A stretch of DNA of 64,000 nt, from positions 310,001 through 374,000 of the forward strand of contig CALSSD010000006.1 in the NCBI GenBank assembly GCA_943788915.1. Reading direction: 5' to 3'. Below the pieces are notes generated by a model. That model saw only the letters and a list, made by a program, of their open reading frames with translations. It ran no database searches and had not been told where the DNA came from. The DNA is from an uncultured Acidimicrobiales bacterium. Lineage in GTDB: Bacteria; Actinomycetota; Acidimicrobiia; Acidimicrobiales; UBA10347. Positions 51,721 through 61,187 of the stretch are shown here, piece after piece; within the stretch, counting starts at the first letter, position 1, and every line of letters starts with the position of its first letter. Position numbers and translations under genes: made by a program.

Positions 51721-52923
51721 TTAACGCCGACCCTTGTTGTTGCGCTTGCGGGGTTTGACCTCGATATCAAACAACGCCGCAATACCGGGTAGCCGGTGAG
51801 CAAGACGGTCAACAGTGTCGAGCAACTCGTCGTCGGTGTCGGCATCCTCGGGCTTGGCCTCGGGAGCGATCAAACGACGGATGGGTGACCCAGCGAGCGC
51901 CTCGAGCACCATGGTCCACCGATGAGGTTCTTCGTCGGGGCTCAAGGCCTCGGTGGTCGCAGCGCTGAGCTGTTCGACCAGGTCGAGCGGAAGCGGCACA
52001 CCAGCCTTGACTGGGCGCCCACTATTGCGAAGCGCACGTACGACACGTCCTTCTGCCAGTGCCTCGCGAAGATCACGTGACCAGGCACCCTGGTCCTTGT
52101 CGATGCGAGCAGCAAGCTTGCTGCGGAGCATGGCCTGGGTTTCTGCGATTATTTTGTCGGACGCAAAGGCATCACCGGCGATGACGATCTTGCGAAGTTC
52201 TCGCACATCTGCGGTGTCCATCTCGGCAGCAGCGGCTTCGGCCTGGTCTCGCCATTCGGCGATTGCCAATGCCGGCAGAAGGTCGTCGGCGATTCGCATG
52301 ATCGGGCCCACGTCGATGGCGTCGCGGCCCGCAGCCACTGCGGCTTTGTTCTGACGTGCAAGCGCACCAGAGACGCCGTCGCGGCCTTCGTGAACGAGTT
52401 GCTCGGCGACAGGGCGCCGGCCTTCGGGCAACGAGGCAACCCATGCTTCGCGATGGGTTCGTTTGACGTTGAGTTGGTTTCGGCGGTTCTGACCGCGGCC
52501 GCCGCCATCGCGGTTGCCTCTGCCTTTGTTGTCGCCCCGGGGACCGCGTTCGTCGCGGCTATCGCGCGGCCCGCTGCGTGCACCATCGCGCCCACCACGA
52601 CCTCCGTCGCGCCCCCCACGGCCACCGCCTCGACCCTTCTTGGCGAGTTGGGTGGTGACAGCTTCGGTGTGCTGCTGGGTACCAATGACCTCGAGCCGCT
52701 CGACCTGGTTGGGCTTTGCGCCCTTCGGCGCGGCGATCGAGATCAGCTCGGCTCCGTCCAAGGTGAACTCTGCTTCGGCCCGCAAGACGTCGCCGACGGC
52801 GCATCCTGCTGGTAACAAGGAAGCACTAAAGTCGCCCTTTGGTTGTTTCGCTCCGGCGGCACGCCACGTAAACGTGCCGTCGCCGCGATCGCTGGTGACC
52901 TCAATATCGATGCGTGTAGACAT
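51721..52923 (-). CDS. Hypothetical protein with RGG-rich linker
   Basis: Beta-rich N-domain (TWRAAGAKQPKG), GRGGGRGGRDGGRGGRDG linker, helical C-domain. Confidence 0.8.
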   Translation of the reverse strand: MSTRIDIEVTSDRGDGTFTWRAAGAKQPKGDFSASLLPAGCAVGDVLRAEAEFTLDGAELISIAAPKGAKPNQVERLEVIGTQQHTEAVTTQLAKKGRGGGRGGRDGGRGGRDGARSGPRDSRDERGPRGDNKGRGNRDGGGRGQNRRNQLNVKRTHREAWVASLPEGRRPVAEQLVHEGRDGVSGALARQNKAAVAAGRDAIDVGPIMRIADDLLPALAIAEWRDQAEAAAAEMDTADVRELRKIVIAGDAFASDKIIAETQAMLRSKLAARIDKDQGAWSRDLREALAEGRVVRALRNSGRPVKAGVPLPLDLVEQLSAATTEALSPDEEPHRWTMVLEALAGSPIRRLIAPEAKPEDADTDDELLDTVDRLAHRLPGIAALFDIEVKPRKRNNKGRR

Positions 52924-53094
52924 GACGATTGTCAAAGCTATCCGGCCGCGAGGCATCTGAAACGCTTCTTTGTGAACCAACAGTGATCTGGCGCGAACGA
53001 TTCGCTCGCAGTTTTGGCCTACGCTTGCCGTGGTGTTCACGACCCGGGCGGTAAATACCGATGCACAGTCGGCGCGCTGCAGCGGGCCGACGAC

Positions 53095-54021
53095 ATGTTC
53101 GGGTCAGCAGCCAGTTGCATGCTGATGATCGCGTTTGTAGCCTCGGCCTGTGCTGGTTCTGATGCGGCAACGAGCCAGATAGCGACCAACGACGACAGCG
53201 TCGATGTCGGTGGCACGTCGCCTGGTTCCACCATTCTGAATGCGACCGCTGTCGCCACGACAATCCCAGTGGCAGCTCCGACACCGGTGCCGCCGCCAAC
53301 ACCGATTCCACTTCCAACGGTGCTACCTGAATTCGGGCCGACGGGGAGACCAACGGCGGCTGGCGAGGTCCAGGTGCTCACGGCAAAGGCATCGGTCTCG
53401 CGTCCAGTCGTGTACGACGAACCCGAGGGCAAGCCAATACCAGTTACCTACGAGTACCTGAATGGAACCATCGACCCCACCTATGACTGGTTCGTGAACC
53501 CCACCTATTTTGGAAACGCACTCGCGGTGATGGTGCTCCAGGGCGAGCCGGGCGACGCATGGGCCGAAGTGCAGATTCCGACCCGACCAACCATGCGTGG
53601 GTGGGTCAACGCCGATGACTTCACCTGGTCCTCGTCGAACTACTACGTCCAGGTCGATGTCGGTACCAATCAGGTCAAGGTGTGGAACGGCGACGAAGTG
53701 ATCGTGGACCAGGTCGCTGTCGTGACCGGCGATGTCGGACGTGAAACGCCGGTGGCGTCGACCTACATCGATGAGATCATGCCCGGGCCGAGCGGCGCCT
53801 ACGGTCCGTGGTTGCTGAGTCTGGGTGTCTTTAGCGAGGCCATCAATACGTTCGGCAGTGCAGGTGGTCTGCCAAAGGTCGCACTCCACGGCACCAACCG
53901 GCCAGACCTGCTTGGTCAGTACGCTTCGAATGGATGTATCCGGCTGCCGAACGACGTGATCACGATGCTCGCATCCGAGGTGCCGGTTGGTACTCGCGTC
54001 GATTTGATTCGCAGTAGCTGA
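53095..54021 (+). CDS. L,D-transpeptidase (YkuD), probable lipoprotein; start uncertain
   Basis: VASAC lipobox-like, Pro/Thr linker, ETP, LHGTN...SNGCIRL. Confidence 0.88.
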   Translation: MFGSAASCMLMIAFVASACAGSDAATSQIATNDDSVDVGGTSPGSTILNATAVATTIPVAAPTPVPPPTPIPLPTVLPEFGPTGRPTAAGEVQVLTAKASVSRPVVYDEPEGKPIPVTYEYLNGTIDPTYDWFVNPTYFGNALAVMVLQGEPGDAWAEVQIPTRPTMRGWVNADDFTWSSSNYYVQVDVGTNQVKVWNGDEVIVDQVAVVTGDVGRETPVASTYIDEIMPGPSGAYGPWLLSLGVFSEAINTFGSAGGLPKVALHGTNRPDLLGQYASNGCIRLPNDVITMLASEVPVGTRVDLIRSS

Positions 54022-54046
54022 GCCGTTAGGTCGTATCCTTGCGCAC

Positions 54047-54463
54047 GTGAGCGCTGACCTCGAAGAACACCTCGAACTCTCACTGGATTTCGACAAACTG
54101 GCGGGCGTCGCAGCGACCGATCAGGCGGTGGTGCCTGTGGTGCTCCAACACGTCGACACTGGTCAGGTGTTGTTCGTGGGTTACGCGAACGAACTTGCCT
54201 TGCAGACGAGTTTGCACGAGCGAATTGCGGTGTTGTGGTCAACGAGTCGCAATGAGCTGTGGCGCAAGGGAGCAACGTCGGGTGACACGTTGGTGTTGAT
54301 CGATGTCCGGGTCAATTGCGAGCAAAACTCGTTGTTATACATGGTCAGACCGGTTAACTCTGGGGTCTGTCACACCGTTGGCAGTGACGGCAGTACCCGG
54401 CCGAGTTGTTACTACCGGGCGATTACCGATATCTCGTCACTTCGTTTCGTCGACGATGGTTGA
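54047..54463 (+). CDS. hisI: Phosphoribosyl-AMP cyclohydrolase
   Basis: WSTSRNELWRKGATSG, NCEQNSLL, VCHT...SCYYR. Confidence 0.9.
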   Translation: MSADLEEHLELSLDFDKLAGVAATDQAVVPVVLQHVDTGQVLFVGYANELALQTSLHERIAVLWSTSRNELWRKGATSGDTLVLIDVRVNCEQNSLLYMVRPVNSGVCHTVGSDGSTRPSCYYRAITDISSLRFVDDG

Positions 54464-55214
54464 TTTCTCGCTCCTACCAGCCGGTCTACCCGATGATGCC
54501 GGGTTGTCGCGGCCCGAACTCGTTGCGATGTTCGCGGTGGCTGTAGCGGCAAGCATCGGCCTCGGCTTCGTGAGCTGGGGTGGCACCGTGATCTATCCGT
54601 TTCGGTTGTTTGCGACCTGGGCCCACGAAATGGGCCACGGCATTGGCGCACTCGTCACCGGCAATAGTTTCCAGGAACTCAACATCTACCGCTCGCTGGG
54701 AGGCCAGGCCCTCATCGGCGGTGCAGATGGGTTCTCCCAGGTCATCGTGTCGTCTTTTGGCCTGCTCGGTCCAGCAGTGCTGGGTGCCGCCGTACTTCTC
54801 GCTGGCAGCCGGGTGCGCACTGCGCCCTACGTGCTCGGTGCGCTCGGTGGCGCGGTCGTGCTGTCGGCCCTTGTCTGGATCCGTAACCCCTTCGGGTTTT
54901 TTGCCATGGTCGCGATAGCAGTTGCTCTTGTGCTGGTCGCACGGTTTGCACCACCGATAGCCGGAGTAGCGGTGGCTCAGTTACTGGCGGTGCAGCTCAC
55001 ATTGGCAGCATGGTCGAGCCGCGACTATCTGTTCATCAAGGAATTCGAACGCAACGGACGGTCCTTCGATTCAGACACTCAGAACATCGCCGACGAATTG
55101 TTCCTGCCGTACTGGTTTTGGGGCAGTCTGGTCGGCGTTATCTCCTTACTCGTCGTCGTCTGGGCCTTCTGGGTGGCCTGGCTTCGTCCACTCGCCAACC
55201 AGGAAGCATCATGA
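54456..55214 (+). CDS. M50B-like intramembrane metallopeptidase
   Basis: YPFRLFATWAHEMGH, SDTQNIA, multiple TM helices. Confidence 0.88.
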   Translation: MVDFSLLPAGLPDDAGLSRPELVAMFAVAVAASIGLGFVSWGGTVIYPFRLFATWAHEMGHGIGALVTGNSFQELNIYRSLGGQALIGGADGFSQVIVSSFGLLGPAVLGAAVLLAGSRVRTAPYVLGALGGAVVLSALVWIRNPFGFFAMVAIAVALVLVARFAPPIAGVAVAQLLAVQLTLAAWSSRDYLFIKEFERNGRSFDSDTQNIADELFLPYWFWGSLVGVISLLVVVWAFWVAWLRPLANQEAS

Positions 55215-55867
55215 ACTCGTCACAACTACGCGCATTGATCGTCGACGATCCAATCGAAGCATGGAACGCTGCTGGTTTCGCTGGCGAAGATGTCGTCACC
55301 ATTGGGTCGACAACCATTGTGACCACGGCTGCGAGCGAGAATCGGGGCGACGGTCATCGCCATGGCATTGTTGGGGCGTCAATCGACGGCGTGGGTGAAC
55401 TCGACGGGCTCCAACTTGGCACGTGGCGCGCTGCTGCCGCAGAGGTTGACACGATTGAGCACCCGAACGGCGTGGTGGCGATCGATCATGTGGTCGTCAT
55501 GACTCCCGATTGTGACCGGACAACCGAGGCATTCGAGGCCCAGGGCATCGAAGCCCGTCGGGTGCGTAAAATAGAGTTGGCCGATGGTGATCGGCGTCAG
55601 ACGTTCTTCTGGCTAGGCGACGTGATCTGCGAACTTGTTGGACCCGATACTGCTGACGGCGACGGCGCGGCTCAATGGTGGGGCCTGGCGCTTACGGTGC
55701 GTGATCTCGAAGCGACCGCAGCGATGTTGGGTGACTTTGTCACACCAATCAAGCCTGCGGTGCAATCGGGGCGCTCCGTGTGCACCCTCCGTCGCGATGT
55801 TGGTCTGGGCGTGCCGATTCTTTTCATCTCTGAGCATGTGACGAGCGACGAACGAACGACACCGTGA
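55211..55867 (+). CDS. VOC/glyoxalase-like protein
   Basis: HPNGVVAIDHVVV, QTFFWLG..ELVG, KPAVQ.GR. Confidence 0.8.
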   Translation: MNSSQLRALIVDDPIEAWNAAGFAGEDVVTIGSTTIVTTAASENRGDGHRHGIVGASIDGVGELDGLQLGTWRAAAAEVDTIEHPNGVVAIDHVVVMTPDCDRTTEAFEAQGIEARRVRKIELADGDRRQTFFWLGDVICELVGPDTADGDGAAQWWGLALTVRDLEATAAMLGDFVTPIKPAVQSGRSVCTLRRDVGLGVPILFISEHVTSDERTTP

Positions 55868-56548
55868 TGCACGAACTATCGCTCTACGAGGGCCTCACCA
55901 CGACTCGAACCATCCGCCGTTATCAGGACATCGAGGTAACCGACGACCAACTGGCCTACGGTGATGCACCTCGCGACCCGAGCTCCTTCCGGCTCAAATC
56001 GCCAACCATTTCGGTTTGTCGTGCTTCGAGATGGTCCACGAGCCCGCAACGTGCGTGCGCTCCTGGCGGAAGGAGCGGCCGAGGTTTGGGGCGAGAAACG
56101 AGCGCGCAGCGAGTTCTCCGACGGCGACCCATCTCCCGCAACTGTTCGGATGTTGGCATCGATGGAACAGTATGTCGCCACGTTCGCGGATGCTCCGGTG
56201 ATCGTGCTTCCGTGCATGCTTCGTTACCGGGATCCCACGCCGAGCGAAGGTGCCTCGGTCTATCCGGCGGTGCAGAACTTATTGTTGGGTGCCCGTTCTG
56301 TTGGCCTCGGCGGAGCCCTCACCATGTTTCATCAGACCCGCGAGACCGCCATCCGTGCCGCGTTAGAACTCCCAGACGCGGCGTTCATTGCCGGCACGAT
56401 CACACTTGGTGTCCCTGCAGGCCGTCATGGACCGGTCCGGCGTCGTCCGATGTCACAGCTTGTGTTTGAAGATCAGTGGGACGTGAGTCCCGAGTGGGCG
56501 GTGGATCCCGCAGGGACCCGATTTACCGGCGGCCCCAAGAATGCCTAG
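55867..56548 (+). CDS. Nitroreductase family protein; apparent frameshift near 55958
   Basis: TTRTIRRY, then RAPSGSNRQPFRF and SVYPAVQNLLLGAR. Confidence 0.87.
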
Positions 56549-56572
56549 CAGCTGATGGCCAACGGTTAGCGA

Positions 56573-57796
56573 CTAGCCGAGTACCTGCTCGAGCGCTGTC
56601 AGAAGATGATCGATGTCGGCCTGCGAGGTGTAATGCACCCATGACACTCGGATGACACCATTGGCCACGTCGAGACCGACTCCGTCGAGAACTCGCGGGG
56701 CATAGAAATCCCCAGCGCTTGCCATGATCCCGTGGTCGACAAGACCAGCTGCGACCTGTGCGCTTTGTTGACCTTCGGCCGCAAACGCAACCGTGGGACA
56801 GCGGTGCATTCCTGCCGATGCCTCGGTGGGGCCGACAACTCGGACATCGGAGCGGGCGTCGAGCCACCGCAAAACTGGCTGTAATAACGCTGTTTCGTGG
56901 CTCTGCCACGCGTCTTTTGCCGCTTCACACGCGCCCCTCAAGTCACCGTCGTATCCAGGGGTAGTTGCTTCGACATAGTCGAGCACGGCGCCGGCTGCAG
57001 CGACTTGTGCATGGTCGGGCCCGGCAGGCGCCATCCGTTTTCGAGGAGCGTCGGCGTTGAAGTGATGGCTCTGGTTGGGTAGCCATTCTGCGAGTTCATC
57101 CCGCAGCACCATCAGTCCTTGATGGACGCTGTAGGTCTTGTACATGCTGAAGAGATACACATCGGCACCAAGTTCTCCTACATCGACGAAACCATGAGGT
57201 GCATACGACACGCCGTCGACGATTGTTCGAGCCCCCGCCTGACGAGCTAGGGCGCAGATGGCAGCGACATCGTTCTCGGCACCCACAATGTTGGAACAGT
57301 GCGGGAAGGTGAGCAACTTGGTCGATGATGACAGCAGCGCTTCAAGGTCAGCGAGGTGGAGCTCGCCGGTGGTTTGGTCGACACCCCACTCGCGTAACGT
57401 GGCTCCGGCTGCTTCGACCATGCGGCGGGTCGCTCCGGTATTTGCTTCGTGATCCTGGTTGGTCACGATGACCTCGTCTCCGGGCTTGAGCCGTTCGCCG
57501 AACGCCTTGGCGAGGACATAGGTGTTCATCGATGTAGACGGCCCGAAGAGGATTTCGGAGTCAGCAACGCCGAGCGCTTGAGCCCAGCGGGCATGGGACC
57601 TGTCCATGAGCTCGCCTGCGGTAGCGGACTCGGCGTAGCCGGCATACGGCTGGACCTTTGTCTCGGTGTAAAACCGCAGCAGAGCATCGATTGTTTGCCG
57701 ACAAGCAAACGACCCGCCAGCGTTTTCAAAGAAGCGAGGTTCCTTGCCATCATCAAAAGCAGGGAAGTGGGAACGGACCAGTTCGAGATCGAGCAC
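56573..57796 (-). CDS. Class V PLP aminotransferase, cysteine desulfurase-like
   Basis: FFENAGGS, QDHEAN, HCSNIVG, VDGVSYAPH, FSMYKTY, RVSWVHY. Confidence 0.9.
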   Translation of the reverse strand: MLDLELVRSHFPAFDDGKEPRFFENAGGSFACRQTIDALLRFYTETKVQPYAGYAESATAGELMDRSHARWAQALGVADSEILFGPSTSMNTYVLAKAFGERLKPGDEVIVTNQDHEANTGATRRMVEAAGATLREWGVDQTTGELHLADLEALLSSSTKLLTFPHCSNIVGAENDVAAICALARQAGARTIVDGVSYAPHGFVDVGELGADVYLFSMYKTYSVHQGLMVLRDELAEWLPNQSHHFNADAPRKRMAPAGPDHAQVAAAGAVLDYVEATTPGYDGDLRGACEAAKDAWQSHETALLQPVLRWLDARSDVRVVGPTEASAGMHRCPTVAFAAEGQQSAQVAAGLVDHGIMASAGDFYAPRVLDGVGLDVANGVIRVSWVHYTSQADIDHLLTALEQVLG

Positions 57797-57818
57797 CTAT
57801 CGATCATAGGATTGCGGC
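57797..57818. promoter_or_regulatory. Bidirectional leaderless promoter with overlapping -10 boxes
   Basis: Minus TATGAT (57808-57803) 6 nt before GTG 57796; plus TAGGAT (57807-57812) 6 nt before ATG 57819. Confidence 0.6.
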
Positions 57819-59084
57819 ATGTCGAAAACTGATCCTTTACCGATACCCACGTCAGGAGACGATGCGCTGGCCCATATCTTCCTTGGCGAAGAGGGCCTGC
57901 AGGATCCTTCGCCGTACTACCGGTACATGCGCGAAGAAGCGCCGATGCACCGCAGCGCAAACGGGGCGATCTTCTTGTCTCAGTACGACGACTGCCGGGA
58001 AGTGCTACGCGACAACCGGCTCGGCAAGTCAACTACGAACGAAAGTTTGCTGTCCTCGGGTGACCCTGAGGCAGCCCAGGTGCGCAAAGACCAGCAGATG
58101 AAAGCCGTGGAAGAGAACCACGCAGCATCGATGCTGTTTCTTAATCCGCCAGCACACACCAGACAACGTGCGCTCGTCTCTCGCGCTTTTACGCCCCGTA
58201 GGGTCGAAGTGTTGCGAGCGAGCATTCGGACGCTTGCAGAGGGCATGGTCGACGAGTTCGTCGAGGCGGGAGGCGGTGATCTTCTGGACGCGTTGGCGTT
58301 TCCCCTGCCTGTTGCGGTGATTGGCACAATGGTCGGTGTCCCCGAAGCAGATTGGCCCCAGTTCCGCAGCTTGATCACGGCAACGGCGGCTGGACTGGAA
58401 CCTGCAGCGACTGCGGATGACCTTCGCGAGGGCTACGCCGCCCACGCCGTAGTGCGCAGCTACTTCCAGGATCTGGTCGCGGAACGCAAGGCCAACCCAG
58501 CGGATGATCTGCTGTCGGGTCTTATCCAGGTGGCCGATGGCGACGACCGCCTCAGTGACAACGAGATAGTCGCGGTGACCACACTGCTGTTCGCTGCAGG
58601 TTTCGAAACCACAACCAACATGATTGGGAATGGCATGGGAGCGCTGCTTCGCCATCCTGACCAAATGGCCAGGCTATGGAATAACTCTTCGCTGCTCAAC
58701 CCGGCAGTCGAGGAGATGCTGCGGTGGGATTCCCCGGTGCAGCTGGATGGCAGAACTGTTCTGGAACCAGCCGAAGTGGCGGGCGAACCTGTCGAAGTGG
58801 GCACGCGTGTCATGACCCTGTTGGGGGCCGCGAATCGAGACCCAAAACACTTCGAGGATCCGGAATGTTTCGACATCACCAGAGACGAGGGCCCGCCTAT
58901 GAGTTTTGGTTCGGGAATTCACTACTGTCTCGGGGCGAATTTGGCTCGGGCCGAGACCCAAGAACTGTTCGGAGCCATGATCAAACGATGTAAAACCGTC
59001 GAACAGACTGGCGAACTCCGTAACCGGCGCAGGATCACGCTCCGGGGTTATCTGTCGGTTCCGGTGGCGGTGACAGCCAGTTAG
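57819..59084 (+). CDS. Cytochrome P450
   Basis: PPAHTRQR, AGFETT, EEMLR, ANRDP, FGSGIHYCLG. Confidence 0.95.
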   Translation: MSKTDPLPIPTSGDDALAHIFLGEEGLQDPSPYYRYMREEAPMHRSANGAIFLSQYDDCREVLRDNRLGKSTTNESLLSSGDPEAAQVRKDQQMKAVEENHAASMLFLNPPAHTRQRALVSRAFTPRRVEVLRASIRTLAEGMVDEFVEAGGGDLLDALAFPLPVAVIGTMVGVPEADWPQFRSLITATAAGLEPAATADDLREGYAAHAVVRSYFQDLVAERKANPADDLLSGLIQVADGDDRLSDNEIVAVTTLLFAAGFETTTNMIGNGMGALLRHPDQMARLWNNSSLLNPAVEEMLRWDSPVQLDGRTVLEPAEVAGEPVEVGTRVMTLLGAANRDPKHFEDPECFDITRDEGPPMSFGSGIHYCLGANLARAETQELFGAMIKRCKTVEQTGELRNRRRITLRGYLSVPVAVTAS

Positions 59085-59109
59085 GGGCTAGGGCCACTAC
59101 GATTAACAT

Positions 59110-60126
59110 GTGCATCGGCATCCCCCTGCTTCACTTCTTGCGCTTTTGTTGACTTTGGCCACAGCAGCCACAGCCTGCACTCCTGCATCGGGAGAGGTCG
59201 CAACGCTCGCGATCATCGCGGAGGAGCCCACCGTTGCACCCACGGCGGTACCAACCACCGCCCCGCTCGAGGTCCCGACACCGACTCCACTGCCAACGGC
59301 AACACCTCAGACCACCGTTGTGCCACCAACAGCCACTGCTGAGCCGACCGTTATCCCGGCAACCGCTGTACCTGAGCCGACAGCTACCACCGTGCCGACA
59401 GCTACCACCGTGCCGACCGTGACCCCTGAGCCGACCGTTATCCCAGCAACCGCTGTACCTGAGCCGACAGCGACCCCTGAGCCGAGAGCGACCCCTGAGC
59501 CGACAGCGACCACTGAGCCGACAGCTACGAGTGAACCTGTACCAGCAGCTGGAGGCGAGACTGGACCTCCGTCCTCGCACGTGGTGGCAAACATGGGCTT
59601 CGTAACACTTGGCCACGCGGGCTCAACGACAATCAGGATTCCTGCAGGGCTGGTTGAGCTCATTGGTTTCCATGAGGCAAGCCATCCGGGGTCCAAAGCC
59701 ATCAATGCTGCGGCAAGCGGTCTACCGGCCATGGTGTTGAGTTCACGTGGTCGTGGCACTCCAGCGCAGTCTGCGGTCGACATCGTTGTGCCACCAGGTG
59801 AGCCACTACGAGCGCCGGTAACCGGCACCGTCGTAGCTGCCCGCCAGTACGTCTTGTACTGCAAACACCAGGATTCGCTGGTGTACATCGAACCCGATGG
59901 ACTCCCCGGCTGGCAGGTCCGCCTGTTCCACGTACAAGGCGATCTTCCTGCCGTTGGTTCACGGGTTATCGCTGGCGAGACCGTAGTCGCGTCGGGCGGG
60001 GCGAACCCGCTGCCATTTGAGTCACAAATAGACGAGTTCACGGCCGAGCCGTCGTGGCCCCACGCCCATCTCGAGGTTGTGGACACGAGTGTCCCCGACG
60101 ACCGTCCGCCTGGCGGCGGCTGTTAG
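59110..60126 (+). CDS. Probable lipoprotein with Pro/Thr repeat stalk and M23-like domain
   Basis: ATAC lipobox-like; EPTAT repeats; SAVD...RAPVTGTV...LFHV...PHAHLEV. Confidence 0.75.
   Translation: MHRHPPASLLALLLTLATAATACTPASGEVATLAIIAEEPTVAPTAVPTTAPLEVPTPTPLPTATPQTTVVPPTATAEPTVIPATAVPEPTATTVPTATTVPTVTPEPTVIPATAVPEPTATPEPRATPEPTATTEPTATSEPVPAAGGETGPPSSHVVANMGFVTLGHAGSTTIRIPAGLVELIGFHEASHPGSKAINAAASGLPAMVLSSRGRGTPAQSAVDIVVPPGEPLRAPVTGTVVAARQYVLYCKHQDSLVYIEPDGLPGWQVRLFHVQGDLPAVGSRVIAGETVVASGGANPLPFESQIDEFTAEPSWPHAHLEVVDTSVPDDRPPGGGC
59336..59545 (+). repeat. Coding tandem repeats (EPTVIPATAVPEPTAT x2; 18-nt EPTATP units)
   Basis: ctgagccgaccgttatccc.gcaaccgctgtacctgagccgacagc occurs twice; repeated cctgagccgacagcgacc units. 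Confidence 0.85.
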
Positions 60127-61011
60127 CTCGGGCGTGATCGGGCTGCGTTCGCACGAGCAGCGTTTGTGCGAATGGCAGTGATCAACTCGTGGTCACGGGA
60201 ACGGGGCAAGTCGTGGCCCATGCGCGGAAACATGATGAGCCGTGACTCCGGAATGGCTGCGGCTGTAGCGACACCCCCTGATGGGCGGACCAGCGTGTCT
60301 TCCAGCCCGTGCACGACAAGCGTCGGTGCGGTGACCTGCCGCAGCGCTTGGGTGCGATCCGGACTGGCAGCAATCGCTTGGGACTGCCGCAGCACGCCCG
60401 CGGGGTTATACGCACGGTCCAGGCTGGCAGCGCTGCGAACACGTTGTTCGTGTTCATCCCAGTCTCGTCCGCCGACGCGCCGAAATAGCTCGATGGTGAC
60501 GTCGAGTGCTTCGGACCGACTCCGGCTGACCGCGCCGCGCGATGGATGCCACAACGCCTGGGGTTGGTCGTCCAGCTCGGCGATCACCGGTGTTCGACAT
60601 GATGGAACACAACGATCGGGTGCTCGTGGGCGAACCAGCAGCGATGAGCTGGGCGATCATGCCTCCCATCGACATGCCCACAATATGGGCGTCGTCTAGA
60701 TCAAGCGCGTGCAGCAGTCCGAGCGCGTCGTCGGCCATGTCTCGAAGTCGGTACGGAGGTTCTATCGAGCCCGGCTGGAGGTTGCCCTTGATCAGCTCCC
60801 AACGAGTAGGCGCAGGAACCGTGCTGTAGGAACTGAGTCCGCTGTCGCGATTGTCGTAACGAATCACTTGAAAGTGTTGTGCGAGCCGGTCAACAAATTC
60901 CTGGGGCCAGTCCGTCAACTGGCCACCGAGTCCCATGATCAGCAGAAGCGGCTCGCCGCTCCCCGAGATCTCGTATTCGATATCGACGCCGTTCACCTGT
61001 ACTTGGGCCAC
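60123..61011 (-). CDS. Alpha/beta hydrolase; apparent frameshift near 60515-60530
   Basis: LIMGLGGQL, DNRDSGLS, GMSMGG, then HGLEDTLV and MGHDLP. Confidence 0.87.
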
Positions 61012-61022
61012 GAGGGAACGTA

Positions 61023-61187
61023 TCAGCGATAGGGACAGTGTCGACACGCACTGTTGCAACAATGACCTCTGCGACGGTGATAACCCTCGGTCATCACAAA
61101 CAGGCCAGTCTCGGGGTCAAAATAACCATGGAGTCCAGCATCATTGGCGGCGAGATGAGCCGCGTGCCATGTTTCTGGTTTGGTCAT
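61023..61187 (-). CDS. DUF5522-like small Cys/His protein
   Basis: YFDPETGLFVMT...RGHCCNSACRHCPY; ATGA overlap with lpdA stop. Confidence 0.8.
   Translation of the reverse strand: MTKPETWHAAHLAANDAGLHGYFDPETGLFVMTEGYHRRRGHCCNSACRHCPYR

Noticed and set aside
59336..59545. Direct repeats as a CRISPR array
   Set aside because: In-frame Pro/Thr coding repeats with no unique spacers and no cas genes
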